Origin: Piromyces finnis finn
Taxonomy: Eukaryota; Fungi; Neocallimastigomycota
Reading direction: 5' to 3'
DNA: 64,000 bases
NCBI GenBank assembly: GCA_002104945.1
Contig: MCFH01000043.1
Coordinates: 124,001 to 188,000, forward strand
Shown here: positions 62,101 to 64,000 of the stretch, piece by piece
How positions within the stretch are numbered: position 1 is the stretch's first letter
Layout: each line of letters begins with the position of its first letter
Program-made: the position numbers and the translations under genes
Notes under the pieces: model-generated
What the model saw: only the letters and a program-made list of their open reading frames with translations
Told to the model about the DNA's origin: nothing
The model's database searches: none

Positions 62101-64000
62101 AAGTTGTTACTGAACCAAAGGAAGAAATAATTGAAGAAAAACAAGTTGAAGAACAAAAACCAGTTGAAGAAGCTGTTGAAGAAGTTGTTTCAGAACCAAA
62201 GGAAGAAATAATTGAAGAGCAATCAGTTGAAGGACAACAACCAGTTGAAGAAGTTGCTTCAGAACCAAAGGAAGAAATTATTGAAGAAAATGTTAGAGAA
62301 GAAATTATTGAAGTTCCTTCCGAAGAATCAGGAAAGAAAAGATTTATTAAGGGAATTATTAGATACATTACTAGAAAGAATCCAGTTACTGGAGAAGAAA
62401 TTGTAGAAGAAATTGTTAATGAAGAATCAATCGAAGAACAACCAGTTGAAGTTGTTGAAGATGTTGATTCAGAACCAAGAGAAGAATCAACTGAAGAACA
62501 ACCAGTTGAAGAAGTTGTTGAAGAAGTAATTTCAGAACCAAAGGAAGAAATAATTGAAGAACAACCAGTTGAAAAACAAGAAAAGAAGCCAATATTATAT
62601 AGGGTATTTAAAAAGAGTAACAGACGTAGAAGAAAGTCAAAGAATCCAATTGAAGAAGGTGTTAAAGAAGTTGGTTCAGAACCAAAGGAAGAATCAACTG
62701 AAGAACAACCAGTTGAAGAAGTTGTTGAAGAAGTTATTTCAGAAACAAATGATGAAAGAATTGAAGAACAACCAATTAAAGGTGTTGAAGAAGTTGTTTT
62801 AGAACCAAAGAATGAAATAATTGAAGAACTACCAGTTGAAGAACAAAAACCAGTTGTTGAAGTTGTTGAAGAAGTTGTTACTGAACCAAAGGAAGAAATA
62901 ATTGAAGAACAACCAATTGAAGAACAGCAACCAGTTGAAGAACAGCAACCAGTTGAAGAAGTTGTTACTGAACCAAAGGAAGAAATAATTGAACAACAAG
63001 TTGAAGAACAAAAACCAGTTGTTGAAATTGTTGAAGAAGTTGTTTCAGAACAAAATGATGAAATAACTGAAAAACAACCAGTTGAAGAAGTTGTTGAAGA
63101 AATTATTTCAGAACCAAAGGAAGAAATTATTGAAGAAAATGTTAGAGAAGAAATTATTGAAGTTCCTTACGAAGAATCAGGAAAGAAAAGATTTATTAAG
63201 AGAATTATTAGATACATTACTAGAAAGAACCCAATTACTGGAGAAGAAATTGTAGAAGAAATAGTTAATGAAGAATCAACCGAAGAACAACCAGTTGAAG
63301 TTGTTGAAGAAGTTGATTCTGAACCAAGAGACGAATCAACTGAAGAACAACCAGTTGAAGAAGTTGTTGAAGAAGTTGTTACTGAACCAAAGGAAGAAAT
63401 AATTGAAGAACAACCAGTTGAAAAACAACCAATAGTAGAAGTTGTTGAAGAAGTTGTTTCAGAACCAAAGGAAGAAATAATTGAAGAGCAATCAGTTGAA
63501 GAACAGCAACCAGTTGAAGAAGTTGTTACTGAACCAAAGGAAGAAATAATTGAAGAACAACCAGTTGAAGAACAAAAACCAGTTGAAGAAGCTGTTGAAG
63601 AAGTTGTTTCAGAACCAAAGGAAGAAATAATTGAAGAGCAATCAGTTGAAGGACAACAACCAGTTGAAGAAGTTGCTTCAGAACCAAAGGAAGAAATTAT
63701 TGAAGAAAATGTTAGAGAAGAAATTATTGAAGTTCCTTACGAAGAATCAGGAAAGAAAAGATTTATTAAGAGAATTATTAGATACATTACTAGAAAGAAT
63801 CCAGTTACTGGAGAAGAAATTGTAGAAGAAATTGTTAATGAAGAATCAACCGAAGAACAACCAGTTGAAGTTGTTGAAGAAGTTGATTCTGAACCAAGAG
63901 ACGAATCAACTGAAGAACAACCAGTTGAAGAAGTTGTTGAAGAAGTTGTTACTGAACCAAAGGAAGAAATAATTGAAGAACAACCAGTTGAAGAAGCTGT
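56166..64000 (+). CDS. Giant acidic Glu/Val/Ile/Pro-rich repeat protein, >2600 aa, open at the window end
   Basis: ATG at 56166 (MSFQENSDYKKSIVEIP...). The same frame holds at 57000, 57960, 60000, 61800 and 63960, with no in-frame stop seen. About 20 copies of (K/R)xIxRxITRxNPxTGxEExVEE separated by EPKEEIIEEQPVEE spacers. No signal peptide. Confidence 0.9.
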   Translation, partial: MSFQENSDYKKSIVEIPVNKIVLADSLSSDDKYNESSEKINKIVKKLNVVENEIMSESDVGYDEDEEFNDEEFELYLNKLKKENPGEYELIINELQKDDLNSPNERTIITYQMASPVEIKGERQSGMMSPVENIASNEQLDMKNVPLIKKRYRISKNKKENLLNHSDKKDTILAESSHLLSPPASPFPQTEKKDQTANLGQFIIDTENGGNDIQIDSSEQIDEELLQQIQNLELENGSQSFITTTTTTTSSEIPELEGNNEVVIKKRIPIITKDGKRAFVEVIEKTVTTVTSEVDDEPVEYVEEIIEEEEEEDDDELLQKSNFFKEISKSIDSKLNTSSTKIVKESQSEINIPEPKVEVFEELVEIPNDDPTKEPLIKKITRTITTKINPETGDEEITEEVVEEIEETIEETDDESSDNDNIEVREEVFEVPSDDPNQSTIIKTITKTYTTRINPETGEEEIVEEEDIISDDENAENVEIREEVVEVPSDDPNQSTIIKTITKTYVTRINSETGEEEIVEEDALDGDDNVEILKGVTEVSNQEKSVQRKVVKKVMRYVTIINPETGKEEVVEEIVEEQPNEEVDVEARDIVVAPQEKVEIKEEIIEVPIEGATTKRVIKKIIRYITRINPETGKEEVVEEIVEEPIEDAISEFREENLPSEHVKVEEETHEVPVEGANENAIVQTITKSYVTRINPETGEEEIIEEDAISDNGDVEIIEEVVEIDEDQPIQRKLVKKITKFITRINPETGKEEVVEEIVEEQPNEEVDVEARDIVVAPQEKVEIKKEIIEVPIEGATTKRVIKKIIRYITRINPETGKEEVVEEIVEEPIEDAISEFREENLPSEHVKVEEETHEVPVEGANENAIVQTITKSYVTRINPETGEEEIIEEDAISDNGDVEIIEEVVEIDEDQPIQRKLVKKITKFITRINPETGKEEVVEEIVEEQPNEEVDVEARDIVVAPQEKVEIKKEIIEVPIEGATTKRVIKKVIRYITRINPETGKEEVVEEIVEEPKEETIEEHPVIEVVEEQLIEEQPIEIVKEVSYEPKEEIVEENVREEIIEVPSEESGKKRFIKRIIRYITRKNPITGEEIVEEIVNEESTEEQPDEVVEEVISEPKEEIIEEQPIEEQQPVKEVASELKEEIIEENVREEIIEVPSEESGKKRFIKRIIRYITRKNPITGEEIVEEIVNEESTEEQPDEVVAEPKEEKIEKQPIEEQQPVEEVVEEVVTEPKEEIIEEQQPVGEVVEEIVTEPKEEIIEEQPVEEQPIVEVINEVNYEITEEQPVEEVVEEVISEPKEEIIEENVREEIIEVPSEESGKKRFIKRIIRYITRKNPVTGEEIVEEIVNEESTEEQPVEVVEEVISESKEEIIEEQPIEEQQPVEEVVTEPKEEIIEEQPVEEQKPVEEAVEEVVSEPKEEIIEEQSVEGQQPVEEVASEPKEEIIEENVREEIIEVPSEESGKKRFIKRIIRYITRKNPITGEEIVEEIVNEESTEEQPVEVVEEVISESKEEIIEEQPIEEQQPVEEVVTEPKEEIIEEQPVEEQKPIEEAVEEVVSEPKEEIIEEQSVEEQQPVEEVVTEPKEEIIEEQPVEEQKPVEEAVEEVVSEPKEEIIEEQSVEEQQPVEEVVTEPKEEIIEEQPVEEQKPVEEAVEEVVSEPKEEIIEEQSVEGQQPVEEVASEPKEEIIEENVREEIIEVPSEESGKKRFIKRIIRYITRKNPITGEEIVEEIVNEESTEEQPDEVVEEVISEPKEEIIEEQPIEEQQPVEEVVTEPKEEIIEENVKEEIIEVPSEESGKKRFIKRIIRYITRKNPVTGEEIVEEIVNEESTEEQPVEVVEDVDSEPREESTEEQPVEEVVEEVISEPKEEIIEEQPVEKQEKKPILYRVFKKSNRRRRKSKNPIEEGVKEVGSEPKEESTEEQPVEKVVEEVISETNDERIEEQPIKGVEEVVLEPKDEIIEELPVEEQKPVVEVVEEVVTEPKEEIIEEKQVEEQKPVEEAVEEVVSEPKEEIIEEQSVEGQQPVEEVASEPKEEIIEENVREEIIEVPSEESGKKRFIKGIIRYITRKNPVTGEEIVEEIVNEESIEEQPVEVVEDVDSEPREESTEEQPVEEVVEEVISEPKEEIIEEQPVEKQEKKPILYRVFKKSNRRRRKSKNPIEEGVKEVGSEPKEESTEEQPVEEVVEEVISETNDERIEEQPIKGVEEVVLEPKNEIIEELPVEEQKPVVEVVEEVVTEPKEEIIEEQPIEEQQPVEEQQPVEEVVTEPKEEIIEQQVEEQKPVVEIVEEVVSEQNDEITEKQPVEEVVEEIISEPKEEIIEENVREEIIEVPYEESGKKRFIKRIIRYITRKNPITGEEIVEEIVNEESTEEQPVEVVEEVDSEPRDESTEEQPVEEVVEEVVTEPKEEIIEEQPVEKQPIVEVVEEVVSEPKEEIIEEQSVEEQQPVEEVVTEPKEEIIEEQPVEEQKPVEEAVEEVVSEPKEEIIEEQSVEGQQPVEEVASEPKEEIIEENVREEIIEVPYEESGKKRFIKRIIRYITRKNPVTGEEIVEEIVNEESTEEQPVEVVEEVDSEPRDESTEEQPVEEVVEEVVTEPKEEIIEEQPVEEA
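57850..59200 (+). repeat. 552-bp (184-codon) coding tandem repeat, ~2.4 near-identical copies
   Basis: CAAATGAAGAAGTTGATGTTGAAGCTAGAG recurs at 57901, 58453 and 59005. Shadow ORF pairs 58143/58695 and 58159/58711 also differ by 552. Confidence 0.9.
59250..64000 (+). repeat. Mosaic coding repeat array with a 771-bp higher-order duplication
   Basis: Nine copies of EEIIEVP(S/Y)EESGKKRFIK(R/G)IIRYITRKNP(I/V)TGEEIVEEIVNEES. Identical shadow ORFs at 61783 and 62554 differ by 771 bp. Confidence 0.85.

Noticed and set aside
59999-62368. 789-aa minus-strand Ser-rich ORF and the other short ORFs at 57203-63825
   Set aside because: Antisense or off-frame shadows of the GAA-rich giant plus-strand ORF.
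57850-64000. CRISPR-like array
   Set aside because: Repeats are in-frame coding units with no unique spacers, in a eukaryotic context with no cas genes.

Overview
Extremely AT-rich eukaryotic DNA with short GT-AG introns. It is most consistent with an anaerobic gut fungus (Neocallimastigomycota); this is inferred from composition, intron style and gene families, not from a search. Content in order: three tandem intronless ankyrin-repeat paralogs (2.7-12.4 kb); a small orphan ORF; a multi-exon class-C-like GPCR with a beta-helix/EGF ectodomain (17.6-23.2 kb); a TBC-domain gene with altered catalytic fingers; a Josephin deubiquitinase with a ~97-aa insert between its catalytic His and Asp; CBF5/dyskerin; an Ima1/TMEM201-like gene; TRS120/TRAPPC9; and ~12 kb with no recognisable gene. 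That gap holds a ~0.5-kb GC-rich retroposed element with a tRNA-like head, several hairpins, a poly(A) tail and an 11-bp target-site duplication (candidate SINE). From 56166 a giant intron-free ORF (>2600 codons) runs off the window end and is missing from the supplied ORF track. It encodes an acidic Glu/Val/Ile/Pro-rich protein with ~20 copies of a charge-patterned putative beta-meander module. The SINE-like element and the giant repeat protein are the best candidates for undescribed biology. All gene models were spliced by eye, so exon boundaries are approximate.
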